Origin: Camelus ferus
Lineage: Eukaryota
Direction: 5' to 3'
Length of the DNA stretch: 64,000 nt
Assembly (NCBI RefSeq): GCF_009834535.1
Contig: NC_045697.1
Coordinates: 111,292,001-111,356,000 of the forward strand
Shown: positions 37,830-51,033 of the stretch, piece after piece
Position numbering within the stretch: the stretch's first letter is position 1
How the letters are laid out: each line of letters starts with the position of its first letter
The notes under the pieces: model-generated
The model's database searches: none
What the model was told of the DNA's origin: nothing
The model's input: only the letters and a program-made list of their open reading frames with translations
Program-made: the position numbers and the translations under genes

Positions 37830-38845
37830 TTCCTCTTTATTCTTTTCTTTTTCTTCTTGTGGTTTGATAATTTTCTTTTGTACTATCTTGGTTTCTTTTT
37901 GGGTTTTGCGACTCTGTTGTATGCTTTGATTTGTGGTTACTCTGTTTTTCAAGTATATTACCCACCACTATATCCGTTTGCTTTAAACTGATAGTCATAT
38001 AAGCTCAAATACATCCTAAAAAGAACAAAAAGAAAAAGAAAAGAAAATCTATTATATTTTCTTGCTCCCCTCTCCCACCTTTAATGATTTTGAACTCCTC
38101 TTTACATCTTCATGTTTATTCTCTTGCAACTCATTGTGGTTATTGCCTTTCCAATTATGGTTTTCTCCTTTTTATAGAGTCCTGGCTTCTTTTCTATTTA
38201 GGGTAGACCTTTCAGTATTTCTTTTAGCATAGGTTTAATATTGCTGGATTCTTTAGTTTTTGCTTGTCTGTGAAATTCTTTCTCTCTCCTATTCTCAAGG
38301 ATAATCTTGCCAGATGGAGTATCCTAGGTTGCAACTTTCTCTCATTCAGGACTTGGAATATATCTTGCCACTCCCTTCTGGCCAGCAGTGTTTGTGCTGA
38401 GAAATCAGCTGAAAGTCTATGGGGGTCCCCTTGAAATTAACTCTTTGTTTTTCTCTTGCTGACTTTAGAATAATTTCTTTATCTTTAACCTTGGCAATAT
38501 TAATTATAACATGTCTTGGGGTAGGTCTATTTGGGTTCTTCTTGTTTGGGACCCTCTGTGCTTCCTGTACTTGGATATCTGATTTCTTCTTTAGGTTTGG
38601 GAAGTTTTTAGTCATGATTTCATCAAATATCTTTTCAATTCCCTTTTCTTTTCTTCTCCTTCTGGGACCCCTATCATGTATAGGTTGGCACATTTTATAT
38701 TATCCCATAGGACCCTTACATTGCTTTCATTGGTTTTCGTTTGCTTTTCTGTCTGCTGTTCTGATTAGGTGATTTCTGTTATCCTGTCTTCTAAATCATT
38801 TATTCTTTCCTTGGCCTTATCTAGTCTGCCTTTGACTGCCTTTCA
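37830..38845 (-). mobile_element. L1 ORF1/inter-ORF fragment
   Basis: ORF 38346-38693 encodes an L1 ORF1p RRM-like peptide (EKIFDEIMTKNFPNL...QEAQRVP...RPTPRHVII). Confidence 0.88.
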
Positions 38846-39060
38846 CTGATTGATTTCCCTCATGGTTGAACCCAGCATCCAGAGTGATTAATACTTTGTA
38901 CCCATCACCTCCACCCTATATCTCATGGTTGGTCTCTTTGGTGTAGCCAGTTGCCACCTGAGGATGTCAGGTGTGGTCAGCCCACATGCTATCTGAAGAC
39001 ATTCTATCAGGTATGGCATAGATTACCTCCCAGAAGTCCAGGGCAAAGGCCAGTACTCTC

Positions 39061-39145
39061 TTTTTTTTTTTAAATTGAAGTATAGTCAGTTTACTAATGG
39101 TGTGTCAATTTCTGGTGTAATCATGTCTCAGTCATACATATACTT
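39061..39145 (-). mobile_element. Very short 5'-truncated L1 3' tail
   Basis: T-run then attgaagtatagtcagttt...gtgtcaatttctggtgta, as at 54930-54980. Confidence 0.7.
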
Positions 39146-41562
39146 AGATATTAAGTCTAAATTCTTTACTACACATTACTAAACATCTCTGAGACTCATT
39201 TTCTCATCTGTAAAATAAGAAAGATCATGTCAGCCTTATGATTTTTAGGCCTTAACTCATAAAAGATGCAACAATTTTCTAGATTAAAAAAAAAAACTCC
39301 CACTTCCGAGAATTCTTTGAGATATCTGCTCAGTTGGAGCAGTTTCTGTGTCTGGTTCAAATACTGTAAATAGCTCCTGCCTCCAAACCCCACATTCCAG
39401 AGAGTTTTTTGATAATTCTCATTGCACAATGTCCTCAAGAGCAGATGCTCTCCATCGTCAGGGGAAACAGTACACCCAGTGGATCGAGCATTGGTAGAAG
39501 AGCTTATTCCAGCCCTCATTAGCTGATCCAGGGCCAGCCACTTCACTTCTTAAAGCCCTAACTTCCTCATCTAAGAATGGAGATATCATACCTGCCTGGA
39601 CTACCTCACAGGATTGTTGTAAAATAAAATATCTATATAGATGAAAATGCCTGTTAAGCAAACTTTACCAAAGGAAATGGTGAAGTCAAGCCCTCGGGTG
39701 TTGGAACTTCTAGCCCCCAGGAGACCGGACTCCTGTAAAGTGTTGCAGAAAGTGACTGATGTGCCAACAGGAAGTATCCTTTAGGTCACGTCCAAATGGA
39801 ACAGCCTGAGGTTTCTCCTCCACCTCCCCACAGTACTTTTAAGTGGTCTCCATTTCTTGATTAAGTAGCATTTAAGGTCTTGATGTCTTGATTAAGTAGC
39901 ATTTAAGATATTTTTCTCCTAAACCGTCTCCTTAGTGCTTATTAAATCATAAATATTTAATTGGATGGCAAGGGCTTCAAAGAAATTTTTTAGAATATAC
40001 AATACTTTGACAGATGAGGGTGATACTACATCCCATGTAACTTTTTGTCCTTTCAGGAACTCTGAGATGCCTTTGTTTATGAAACCTGATGCTGGGCTTG
40101 GTCACCCTTCCTCACTCCCTGGAGTTCTGGGAGAAATGGCCACTCCAGCCAGCGGGCAGTGCCCTGAGCTGTCTCCCTTCCTGCACCGGTGAGCTGGCTG
40201 GGTAGCTCAGAAGGAAGGATTCTCCTTGAGTCTTAATAGGCAGCTCCTGCTTCTATTCCCCCCAGCCCAGTCCAGCACTGCACACCTCCAGAGAGCCAAA
40301 TGGACATAAGGGGCGAGGGAGAGTGCACTCAAAGGCACTGCTATCAAACCAAACACTGCACAAGTCAACGAAGCTGCAAAAACTGCACAAGCCCATCGCT
40401 CTACCGCAAGACCTATAATGTCTTCTCTCCTCCTTCCAAAGTTCCCTTCCCCCACCCCTCCTCACTTCCTTTGAAATTAGGAGAAATGAAGAGAGAAGGA
40501 ACAAAGAAGGTGACTATTTATCATGTGCTGCCTTTTCCAGGAGCAGGATCGGCATCCTTTCATGCTCACTGGTACTTCTCCTGCAAGGCTCCAGTGAGTG
40601 GGCTTAGACTAGCCCAGACGTGGTACCCAGGAGGTCTGTCCATTCACAGAGGGAGAGGGGAGGGAGGCGGAAAGGAGGGAAGGAGCCACTGACATGCCTG
40701 ACCCTTAAGCTCAAACATGCATGACCCTTCATGAAGAGCTGCTTAATGACACCTAATTTGGCTGTGGCTGCTGTAGACCAAGCCAGAAATGCAATTTCTT
40801 CCCATTTTGATGAGCGATTTATAAGCTCTGAATGATTTGATGCCAAAGAGACCAATTTTCCTCACCTATGCTCTGCTGCAGCTGAAGGCAAACGAGATTT
40901 GTTAGGCTAAAAAGCAACCTACAATGTTCCTGAAAGGGAAGACTGTTGCCCGCCAGGTCCATTCCACCACACTCCGTCAGGAAGACCAAACAGGAGGAGA
41001 CTGCATGTCTTCATCCGCCCTGGCCCAGAGCCAGCCTGTCAGAATCTTCATCTGCTCATGGAAGAGGGAGAAGAAACAGGAATTTGGAACTCATTTTGGG
41101 TCTGTAACATTATTTCTAAACAAACTATCACAGTGCTGAGTGTTGCAGTGTCAGGGTCTGGCAGAGACCAGAGAGCCAACTCCCACTGGCCCAGGGAAAC
41201 TGACAAGGCCGGGCCACACTCGGGCCAGTGACAGCAGAGCCCTCACTCCACCCTGGGACCAGGATGAGGGGAGGGGCCCTGGACACGGCGGACGTGTAGC
41301 AAGGGCCACCTGACAGAGGAACACAGCCAGCCCACAGTGTCAGGGGCAGGGAGGCGGCCCAGGGAATAAACACATTCCTCCTGCTGACCCATCTCCTGCC
41401 AACCTACCAGAGGCATCACCTCATACAAGCCTAAAGACCAAGAGCTGGTGGGCGCAGCCCAGAGCAGAGCTTGAAAGATGGAGAGTGGGTCTGGAAGGAT
41501 AAACAAAACTAGTCAGCACAAGGATTCTTGCTAAGTTCTATATCGCGTGGGACTGCACCATG

Positions 41563-43007
41563 TGCTGTGGGTGGAACTGTGTCCCCAGACAAGACCCATT
41601 CAAGTTTAAGCCCTGGTACCTGTGAATGTGACCTTATTCAGAAATAGGATCTTTGTGGCTCTTATCAAGTTATGATGAAGTCATACTGGGTAGGGTGGGC
41701 CCTAATCCAGGGATGGTGGTCTTTCTTTTTTAAGTTTATTTTTTATTGAAGTGTAGTTGATTTACAGTGTTAGTTTTATATATTCAGATTATTTTCTATT
41801 ATAGCTCATTACAAGAAATTGAATATAGTTCTCTGTGCTATACAGGAGGTCCTTGTTGTTTATCTATTTTATATACAGTAGTGTGTATCTGTTAATCCCA
41901 AACTTATGATTTATCCCTCCCTACCCCTTTCCACTTTGGTAACCATAGTTTGTTTTCTGTGTCCATGAGTCTATTTCTGGTTTCTAAATAAAATTTGTAT
42001 CTTTTTTTAGATTATACATATAAGTGACATCATATGATATTAGTCTTTCTCTTACTTACTTCACTTAATATGATAATCTCTAGGTCCATCCATGCTGCTG
42101 CAAATGGCATTATTTCATTCTTTTCATGGCTGAGTAGTATTCCATTGTATACATATATCACAGTTTCTTTATCCAGTCATCCATTGATGGACATTTGGGT
42201 TGTTTCCATGTCTTGGCTATTGTAAACAGTGCTGCTGTGAACATTGGGGTGCATGTGTCTTTTTGAATTGGAGTTTTCTCTGGATGTATGCCCAGGAGTG
42301 GGATTGCTGGATCATATGGTAATTCTGTTTAGTTTTTTAAAGAATGTCCATACTGTCCTCCATAGTGGCTGCACTAATTTATATTCCCACCAGCAGTGTA
42401 GGAGGACTCCCTTCTCTCCATACCCTCTCCAGCATTTATTATTTATAGACTTTTCAACTATGGCCATTTCTGACTGGTGCGAAGTGATACCTCATGGTAG
42501 TTTTGATTTGCATTTCTCTGGTAATTAGTGCTACTGAGCATCTTTTCATGTGCCTCTCGGCCATCTGGATGTCTTCTTTGGAGAACTGTCTATTTAGGCC
42601 TTCTGCCTATTTTATGATTGGAGTGCTTGGGGTTTCTTTTTATATTAAGCTGTTTATATATTTTGGAAATTAGTCCCTTACTGGTCGTGTCATTTGCAAA
42701 TATTTTCTCCCGTTCTGTAGGTTGCAATGACAGGTGTTCTTGTAAGAAGAGGAAAAGTTGGACCCAGACCAGGGATTATGCTGTGTGACTACAGAAGCAG
42801 AGACCAGAGTGATGCACCCACAAACCAAGACGTGCAAAGGACTTCCAGCCACCACCAGAAGGTGGAGAGGTTTTGAAGAGACCAAGGCCCTGCTTCTCCC
42901 TTGATTTTGGACTTCTAATCCCCAGAACTGTGACACAATAAGTTTGTATTGTTTAAGCCATCCAAATTTGTGGTACTTTATCACAGCAGCCCTGGAAAAC
43001 TAATAGA
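41563..43007 (+). mobile_element. MaLR LTR (MLT1-type) split by an L1
   Basis: tgtgaatgtgaccttattcagaaatagg...ccagaactgtgacacaataagtttgtattgtttaagcca. 5-bp TSD ccatg at 41558-41562 and 43008-43012. Confidence 0.85.
41721..42725 (-). mobile_element. 5'-truncated L1 inserted in the MLT1
   Basis: T-rich tail at ~41721, antisense 3'UTR and ORF2 end (cccaggagtgggattgctggatcatatggt). Confidence 0.9.
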
Positions 43008-43301
43008 CCATGTATATAGTAGGTGATGGATCCTGTGTCAGCATCGACGGACATGCAGGTGTTACTGTGCTTCAGACAAAAGGTGACACGTGAAAGACGC
43101 TTCCAGCTGCAGGGCTTCTGCAAACGAGGGACAAGTTGTGTTTTTAAAGGGAAGGACCTTGTACTCACTAGTGTTCGTGAGTTTTGTGGTGCTGCCCGTT
43201 CTGGATGACCTGTTCCTGGGCAAGGCGAGATGCTCCTAGAACCAGCCTATATATATGACATTTGCAGGATTATCTTAGAAGAGTTTCTAAAGACTCTAAA
43301 G

Positions 43302-43523
43302 CAGTGGTCCTTGGCCAGGGGCTACTATCCCCCACCTCCACCACCCCCTGCACACACATGGAGCTATTTAGCAATGTCTGGGACATTTTGGTGGTCACGA
43401 TCGGGGGTGTTGCTCATATCCAGTGTGTGGGGTAGGTAAGCACCGCACGGCTGCCAGGCCAGCCTGCACTACAGGGAATTATCCACTGCAAAGTGTCTAC
43501 AGTATTGAGGTTGAGACACCCTG
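43302..43523 (+). mobile_element. MER20-like hAT-Charlie MITE
   Basis: cagtgg...atttagcaatgtctgggacattttggtggtcac...gaggttgagacaccctg matches the recalled MER20 consensus, with CAG...CTG termini. Confidence 0.75.
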
Positions 43524-43921
43524 AGCAAAAGGAATATTCCTGGAATATGAGGTGGGAAAATAATTTGTAAGTGCATTAACAATTTATTTATTTTTAGTTT
43601 TTTTTTAGTGAAATCAGGTTTTATTAACACACTTGGTCTGAGTAAATCCTAATGAAGGATTTATTGACATGAGCACATCCTAATGAAGATTATTAGCAGA
43701 AGCCAGACACTAGATGTCACTTCTCACCAGGACCTGCAAACGCAGCTCCACAGTCCACATCTCTCACGTCCTTTAACTGCGTTTCTAACTGTGCTTTGGT
43801 TTCCTCCTCTGTGAAATGGGGGTCAGAAATAGTACCTGGGTTGGTTGCAGAGAGTAAAGGAGAAAAGGCAGGAAATGTGCATGACTAGTTCCCTGCCACA
43901 CAGTAACTTCTCCAATAATGC

Positions 43922-43993
43922 CAACAACTACTACTATTATTATTATTATTGTTATTATTATTATTATTATTATCATCATCATCATCACTATTA
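43922..43993. repeat. Compound trinucleotide microsatellite (CAA)(CTA)(TTA)n(TCA)n
   Basis: Seen directly; it generates the poly-Y/I/N ORFs in the track. Confidence 0.92.
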
Positions 43994-44954
43994 CCAACAT
44001 GAGAATTATTACAAGTGCTACCACCTGGGTCTCGGGGACCATGCCTCCCACCACTGCTTTGCTCTAGAATAACCCTCTCACCCCAGTTCGGAGTTCTCTC
44101 TGACATCACCTGACTCCATGAGATCTCTGTAAAAATGAGTTGCTGATCTTAGACAAAAATTCTAAAACTTACCCAATATCCTCCTTCACAAAAATATATC
44201 AACCTACAACTGAATTGCTAATGGAAGCCTTATTTTGCCTTGAGCTAACAAATGTCATCACCAAGACAGCCTCAGGGTTCCTTTGCCATTTCTTTATTTC
44301 ATAAATTAAACAAAAACATCCCCAACCTGTATTTGGGTTTTTTTTTTTCTTAATTAGACCAGGATCTTGGATTTTACACTCTTCAGGTAAGAAATAGTTT
44401 TATTGTTTTATGTAAATTAAGCCGATTACATAGTTTGGTAACCATATTTAAGTTTATTTTAACTTATCACAGGTCTTTTGAAAAGGTGGAAGATTGCTTT
44501 CCCTAAATCATGAAATTGTGCAGGAAAATGATGTCAATCAGTCTCTCTAAGCAGAGGTTTTGTACACTTTATCTCAACTTACCCTCATGAAAACCAGGCA
44601 AAGGAGGTGTTTTTATTTGTGCTTTGGATTATGAAACTAAGTCCCTGAGAGATTAAACAACTTGTCAAATATTACACAGTTTCTAAGTGGCTGAGCCTGG
44701 ACTGGAACCCAGAGCTGTCCAAAGCCCATGTCCATTCCTAGACTCACTGTGCTCCCAAGCAGCATTCCTGCTCTGGGCCCTCACCAGGGTGGTGAAGACA
44801 CCTGCAGGTCACGTTAGGGCACCCGAGGAGGTGACCACAGTGAATGTCCCCACTGGGCTGCAGTGGCCCTGGGGGAGAATCTACCTAATGCATCTGCAGC
44901 AGAAATCTGATGAAGAGCAGCCACTTTTCTCACCAAAGTCTCTCTCCAACAGCT

Positions 44955-45862
44955 TTAAAAACCCAATCCAAAAATGGACAGAAGACCTAAACAAGCAGTT
45001 CTCCAATGAAGACATACAAATGGCCAATAGACACATAAAAAATGCTCAATATCACTAATTATCAGAGAAACGCAAATCAAAACTACAATGAGGTATCACC
45101 TCACACCAGTCAGAATGGCCGTCATTAAAAAGTCCACGAATGGTGGGAATGCAGTTTGGTGCAGACGTTATAAAAAACAGTATGGAGATTCCTAAAAACA
45201 CTAAAAATACACTTACCATATGATCCAGCAATCCCACTCCTGGGCATATATCCAGAAGGAACTCATATTCAAAAGATACATGCACCTCAATGTTCACAGT
45301 AGCACTATATATAATAGCCAAGATATGGAAACAATCTAAATGTCCATCGACAGATGACCAGATAAAGACGCTACTCAATCATAAAAAAGAATAAAATAAT
45401 GCCATTTGTAGCAACGTGTATTGACCTGGAGATTGTCATTGTAAGTGAAATAAGCCAGAAAGAGAAAGAAAAATACCATATGATATCACTCATATGTGGA
45501 ATCTAAAAATAAAGAAAAGAAAAGAAAAAAGAAGACACTAATGAACTTACCTACAAACCAGGAACAGAAACTCGCAGTCATAGTAAACAAACTTGTGGTT
45601 ATCAGAGGAAAAAGGCTGGGAAGGGGTAAACTGGGAGTTCAAGATATGCAAATATTAACTACTATACATACAACAGATAAAAAACAAATTTCTTCTGTAA
45701 AGCACAGGGAACTATATTCAATATCTTGTAGTAACCTATAGTGAAGAAGAATATGAAAACAAACATATGTGTGTGTGTGTGTGTATGATTGAAACACGGT
45801 GCTGTACACTAGAAATTGACACATTGTAATTGACTGTACTTCAATTTAAAAAAAAAAAAAAA
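44955..45862 (+). mobile_element. 5'-truncated L1 3' end
   Basis: aacccaatccaaaaatggacagaagacctaaac...3'UTR, (TG)n and A tail. Confidence 0.9.
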
Positions 45863-47087
45863 CATTTAGGAAACATCCCAGTCCTCGTCCCGGTACCAAA
45901 TCCACCACTCTGCTGCCCCTTGTTTCAAATGCAGCTGGCTCCTTCCACCCACCCTGCCCCACAGGCCCTGTTTGTCCTCGAGCTCAGAGGGCACACGTGC
46001 CTGCTGGGTCAGGATGCCAAAAAAACCCAACAGGACGGGGCAAGAGGATGGGGATGTTCATCGTTTTCCCCTCATGCAAACCGAGCCCACTCTATCCTGT
46101 CTTAATTTTTTCTAGACCTCAGGTAACAGCGGGCCTTGATTTCCTGGCCGACTGTGACACTCTCTCCCACACGTCCTGAAATCCACTGTTAAAAGGATTC
46201 AGAATAAACCAGAGGCAGACTTAACAGGCAGGATTTGCTGAGCACTTGCGAGGACCCAGGCCCTGTGCCAAGCGCTTTCCACTGACCATCAAAAATATGC
46301 ACAGATATTGAAGAAAAAGAAAAAAAAAAATGAGTGAAAGGAACCTCCGCTGACATTGGGCTTCCAGCAAACACGAGGCACCAAATGCCACGGAATAGCA
46401 GTGGGACTGCTATTCACATCGTGCAAGATTAGTCACTGGCTGACCCGCATCCCCTGGCCTCGTTCTTGTCTTCTAATCAATGGACTTTAAAGGAAAGGGG
46501 GTAAAAAAAACCTTGCAAAACCATAACAAAGTTTGACATTCAAAAATTAGCCCAAGTTCACATCAATGGCAATATTTTAAAACTAAAAGTTTGCATGATC
46601 TGAACTCGACTAAGTGTGTTTCTACCTGAAGAGGACTCATGGCTGCACATAGCCGCAAAGCAGCCAGAGCCAGACGGTCTGTTTTCTCACTTGGCTGCTG
46701 TCACATACTTGCTTTTGTCTTTTAGCAAAACAATCTACTGCAGGGAGAGATTAATAGCCCTTTTAAAATTCAGAAATATTTTTTTTTCCAAGCAGTTACA
46801 CACGATGTCCACCCATAGCATCGTAATTGCTTTGCTCTTACTTGGCACACATACGTACATGGAAATATACATCACCAAGGTCTCACACATATCAGTGTAG
46901 CACAGTAGCTATTATTTAAATAATCTCATAATCTCATTCTGATAAGCACCAGGAAAACTATTTCAAAATGTCCTCTAAGCCATGGTGAGAAAATTAAAGA
47001 TAGCTTATTTCAGCCCTCTCTAAGAAGTGGGCCTTCTTAACACAAGGTTCTTAAAAATGAAAAAGAAACAAGACTATTTAATACAGG

Positions 47088-47549
47088 TGTAACAGAGCAG
47101 GGCCCTGTGAGACTCTGCAGGGTCAGACCCTTCCCTATGTCCTCTGCTGTAGCGCCTCTCGGAAGGACCCAGATAATAGTGTCTTGTGTGTATTTCCTGA
47201 GTGTTTCACATGCTAAAAACCATCACCAAAGGGAAGAAATGAACTACTTTGTGACAGAGAGTACATGGTCCCCAGACCTTCTGGAGTCTTGGGGTTGACA
47301 GTGTTAACTGCTCTGTTCCCTCGACATGAACCAATCAGAGAATTATGCAGGAGCTTATCATGTACCCTGCGACTCCCCTATCCTGTCACCTGCCTTTAAA
47401 TAAGCTTTGCTGAAACCCTTCAGGGAGTTAGGCATGAACCACCCCCTCCTCCTTGCTCTGCCCTGCAGTAAACCTTTCTCTGCTCCAAATTTCGATGTTG
47501 CAGTTTGGCCTCACGGTGCAGCGGGGAAAAAAACTTGCTTTCAGTAACA
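47088..47549 (+). mobile_element. Solo LTR family B, copy 1
   Basis: tgtaac...gtaaca termini, TSD cagg/caga, CCAAT and TATA-like tttaaa; colinear with 56276-56755. Confidence 0.88.
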
Positions 47550-50488
47550 CAGAGAGTAGACAAAGGTCAAAGTGGCACCATCTGCCTACTTGTCCTCTTC
47601 TGTCACATCTCTGGTTCAAGACAGGATCCTCTCAGGGTTCTGGTACCCTGAAACCCCAGTGGATGCAACTGATACTGAACTGACGTGGTAACAGCTCATG
47701 GGCAAAGTCAACATACAGATGGAGATGGAGGTGGAAAAAGAGAGTCTTCCTGTGTCAGAAGCAGCAGTTCGTCCCACAGCAGCATCACCCCTTTGGGCTG
47801 TGACCCCAGCTGCAGCACCCAGCTGTCATCTCCCTGCCCTCACCGCCTGGCCCTTGCCCTCAGTTACAGTGTCAGTTTTCATTGACCCCCCTTCCCCTAG
47901 GGTTGCTACATCAGACTCTGGCTCCTTTACATTCCTGAGATCCCCTCTGCGAGGGCCAAGGGGTGGAGAGCGTGTGTGTAAGGACTTGACTGCTTGTCTT
48001 GCTCAGGGAGTCGACATTACTGACACTTCGAAGCCATAACGTTCTTCTGGCCACATTTTACCAGCCCTTCCAAAGCTATTTCTGAACCATGGCACGTTTT
48101 ATCCAGAACATACTCAACACCACAATCTCAAGATTTTAGTGTGTCTTCCCTTTTGGTCTTCCCTTACATTCCATAGTGAATTTCCTATTTTTAGGCTTAT
48201 AGGATTATCAGAAAAGAACTTTAATAAATATTTTAATAACAACTTTTAGTTAAATATAAGGAGACAGCTTCCAGAAGGTGCCAAGGCCACCCCACCTGTC
48301 ATTCGGCGAGGCCTCCTGAGCAGAGCCCAGGGCTCTGTCCAGCCCACCATGCTGCCTGATTTTCCAAACTCATTCTTCCTGAGGCTAGGTTATTTTGGTT
48401 ACAGTTTCCCCTATTTGTCAATAATGCAAGAAGCAACTTCATTCTTTACTAAATTTCTGCTTCATTCAGGGACCTGATTTCAGATAAGCCAGGAGACTCC
48501 AGAATTAGGATCTGGGCTCCTGGGGTCAGGGCTGGGGTTGGGGGAGTTAGAAGTTGAGTACAAGGTCAGGGGGGTCCTCTAGCAGGTGAGCTGCCAGAGA
48601 AAGGCTGAGGCCAAGGAAGGCCCTTCCCAAGGGAGGGCCAGTGCAGGGGACGCGGAGGCAGAGCACCTGCTGCTGGACCTCAGCCGCTTTCCCCGCTAAA
48701 CGCAGTCGTGACCCAGAGAGGTCCAGGGTGTAGAGGAAAAGGGTGCAAGCGCGCAAAGACAGAGGAAGCAGGAGACGCAGAAAGACACAGGCAGAAACAG
48801 AAAAGTAGAAACGCAGGAGCAACGGGCACACGCTGTTGTGTTGCAAAAACTCCAAAAAATGATCCCTAAGTGTGGGGAAAAGAATGGCTTTCTGCTTTTC
48901 TATTTTTCGTTCAGGTACAATCCCAAAGCATCTGTCACTACTGGGCACACTATCCAATCCCCGAAGTAGGCCAGTTACAGATGGGCGGCTCAGAGCTGCC
49001 CCAGTTACGGTGCTAGAGTTCGGGTTATCTTGTGTTCTGATTCCGGGGGGCTACATTCTCACATCTGTGCAGGTGAATAAAAGAAGAGATAACATGACCA
49101 CATTTGTGTAGGCAGGAGCCCGCAGGACCATCCACTGGGCAAAGGACTCAACCCAAAATCCAGCACTTCATCCTTTTCTCACATCTGCCTGTCAACGCTG
49201 CGTGTTTGCTGGCGCTGCCCACAGACTGACAAAGAGCACGTGCGGCTGGACCGTGCAGTGTCCGCTCACAGCTGGCACTTTCTTTAATTACACACAGACT
49301 TGGCTTTGAAATACCTCCATGTGTTTAGTGCACAGGGAAAGATATTTTAGGTTTAAAGTGAAGAAGGCTGCACCACAGCAGCTTTCGTCTCCCCTGACCA
49401 GACCCCGGACCCCACAGCCCCGCTTCACGTGTCCAGAGGAGCCGGGCAGCAGATGCAAGGAGCCCTGGTCAGGCTCAACGTGTTCGTCTCAACATCTGGC
49501 TCTTCAAGTGTAAGGTTTAAAATAAACACAGAGGAAAACCTGCTGGGAAGTTTCTGGAGCAAACGTAGGTGTGGGCAAATGACTGTGGCCAGCTGCTCTT
49601 AGATGGTTTCACTGCAAGGGCAGAGATGGAAGTGGGCCTGTTGGTGTCAGGGCTGATGTTTCAGGAATTTCTAGAGTAAATATTAGTGTAAATGTGGGTA
49701 AAAAGAAGCAGAAGTGTTAGCCAGAACGCTCACTGAAAAACTGTAAGTCATCTAATCAGGACAATAAGAAGAATGCATTATTATGACACTAAAACTCCTG
49801 AAACTTGACTAACTTAACCACTGATTCAAAAAAGTCGTATCATTTTCTGGTTTACATATTTTGTACATGTGTTATGCTTTGTTTTATGGTAAAATCAATC
49901 AGTGATTTCTTAGAAATTCATTAAATATTCATTAGTCAGTTTTTTTCAAGTCCACAAATAGGATTTCTGCCAGATCAATTTTAACACACAGAACTAGTTA
50001 CAGTTTAACTCTGAAAAATCATAGAATAGAAATACGAGGAAAAGGACTGTATTTCTTCCAGTTTTACAGCAGTTGCAGTTGGTAAATGCTTAAGTGTTTA
50101 TAAAGTAAAACGAGCAGGGTTGTTTATGTCTGTTTCATCAGCATTGTCTTTCCTGTAAGTTTTCTAAATGTGTCAAATTGCTTGCTGTTGATCAGGCTCT
50201 GATTTATCTGTAGGTCAGTGTTGGGACACCTTTGTTCACCAGCAGGCTGCTCACCCGACACCATGCACCTCTCCTCTCTCACAGCATCATCCTTCCAACA
50301 GGTACTCGTGGAGAGACATCCACACCCAGTTACCCTGAGCCCACCATCTTCCACCACTGTCCCCTCCACTTGGCTGTTTAGACATTTCATAAACACCGAG
50401 TTTTCACAATGTAGGTTGGACGCTAACCTCACAAATCCTGAAGTATAGATTCATTATGGTTTCATTTCTCTTTTTCATATTATCATTC

Positions 50489-51033
50489 TCTTACCCCAAA
50501 AGGTAAAGACCTCAGTTCTTGTCATACCTGAAAGAAAAGTTTACCGTCAGGAGATGGTGCATTGTGTAGCAAAAGATTTTGAAAGATTTATTTAAAAAAG
50601 GAAAATACACCTCTATGAATGGGAGGTGGGCTGATCCAAGGGAGGAAAAGCAGCAGTTTTTGTCTCTTACACTCTCGCTTAGAGGGGGACTCTTGATTAA
50701 TTGACAGCTCTTGCCCCTGGAGTGCTCAGTCATGTTTGTCCCCTTTGTGCATGTCCTTACCCGTGATGCACACAGAAAAACCCATGGTTGGGGGTGGGGG
50801 CGCCTAAACTGAAATGTTAACTATAATACAATGAACATTGGGTTGTGTCCAGTTAAGTCCTTTATGGTACCAAGCAGTCGTGGCTGTTGGGTTCTAACTG
50901 GTTTCTGGCTGGCGCTCATTTAGAGGAAGCAAAGCCCCTTTATGCTGGAGGCGGGCATAACGCCATCTTCTGGACCCTCCTCCCTCTCCCCCACCTGTCT
51001 GCCTGGTGCCCCGACTTATCTAACTGCTTAAGA
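50489..51033 (-). mobile_element. Solo LTR family A, copy 2 (termini TCTTA...TAAGA)
   Basis: Reverse complement is colinear with 35053-35600; TSD attc at 50485-50488 and 51034-51037. Confidence 0.88.

Larger units (their letters stand above)
37341..39175. mobile_element. Old LTR (MER21-like) interrupted by L1 fragments
   Basis: The end cagaagtccagggcaaaggccag...aaattctttactacaca resembles the recalled MER21 terminus; boundaries approximate. Confidence 0.45.

Noticed and set aside
37488..37991. 167-aa ORF with a hydrophobic C-terminus
   Set aside because: Spans an LTR remnant and T-rich antisense L1; the hydrophobicity is compositional.
43785..44109. Poly-Tyr/His, poly-Ile and poly-Asn ORFs
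   Set aside because: Translations of a trinucleotide microsatellite.
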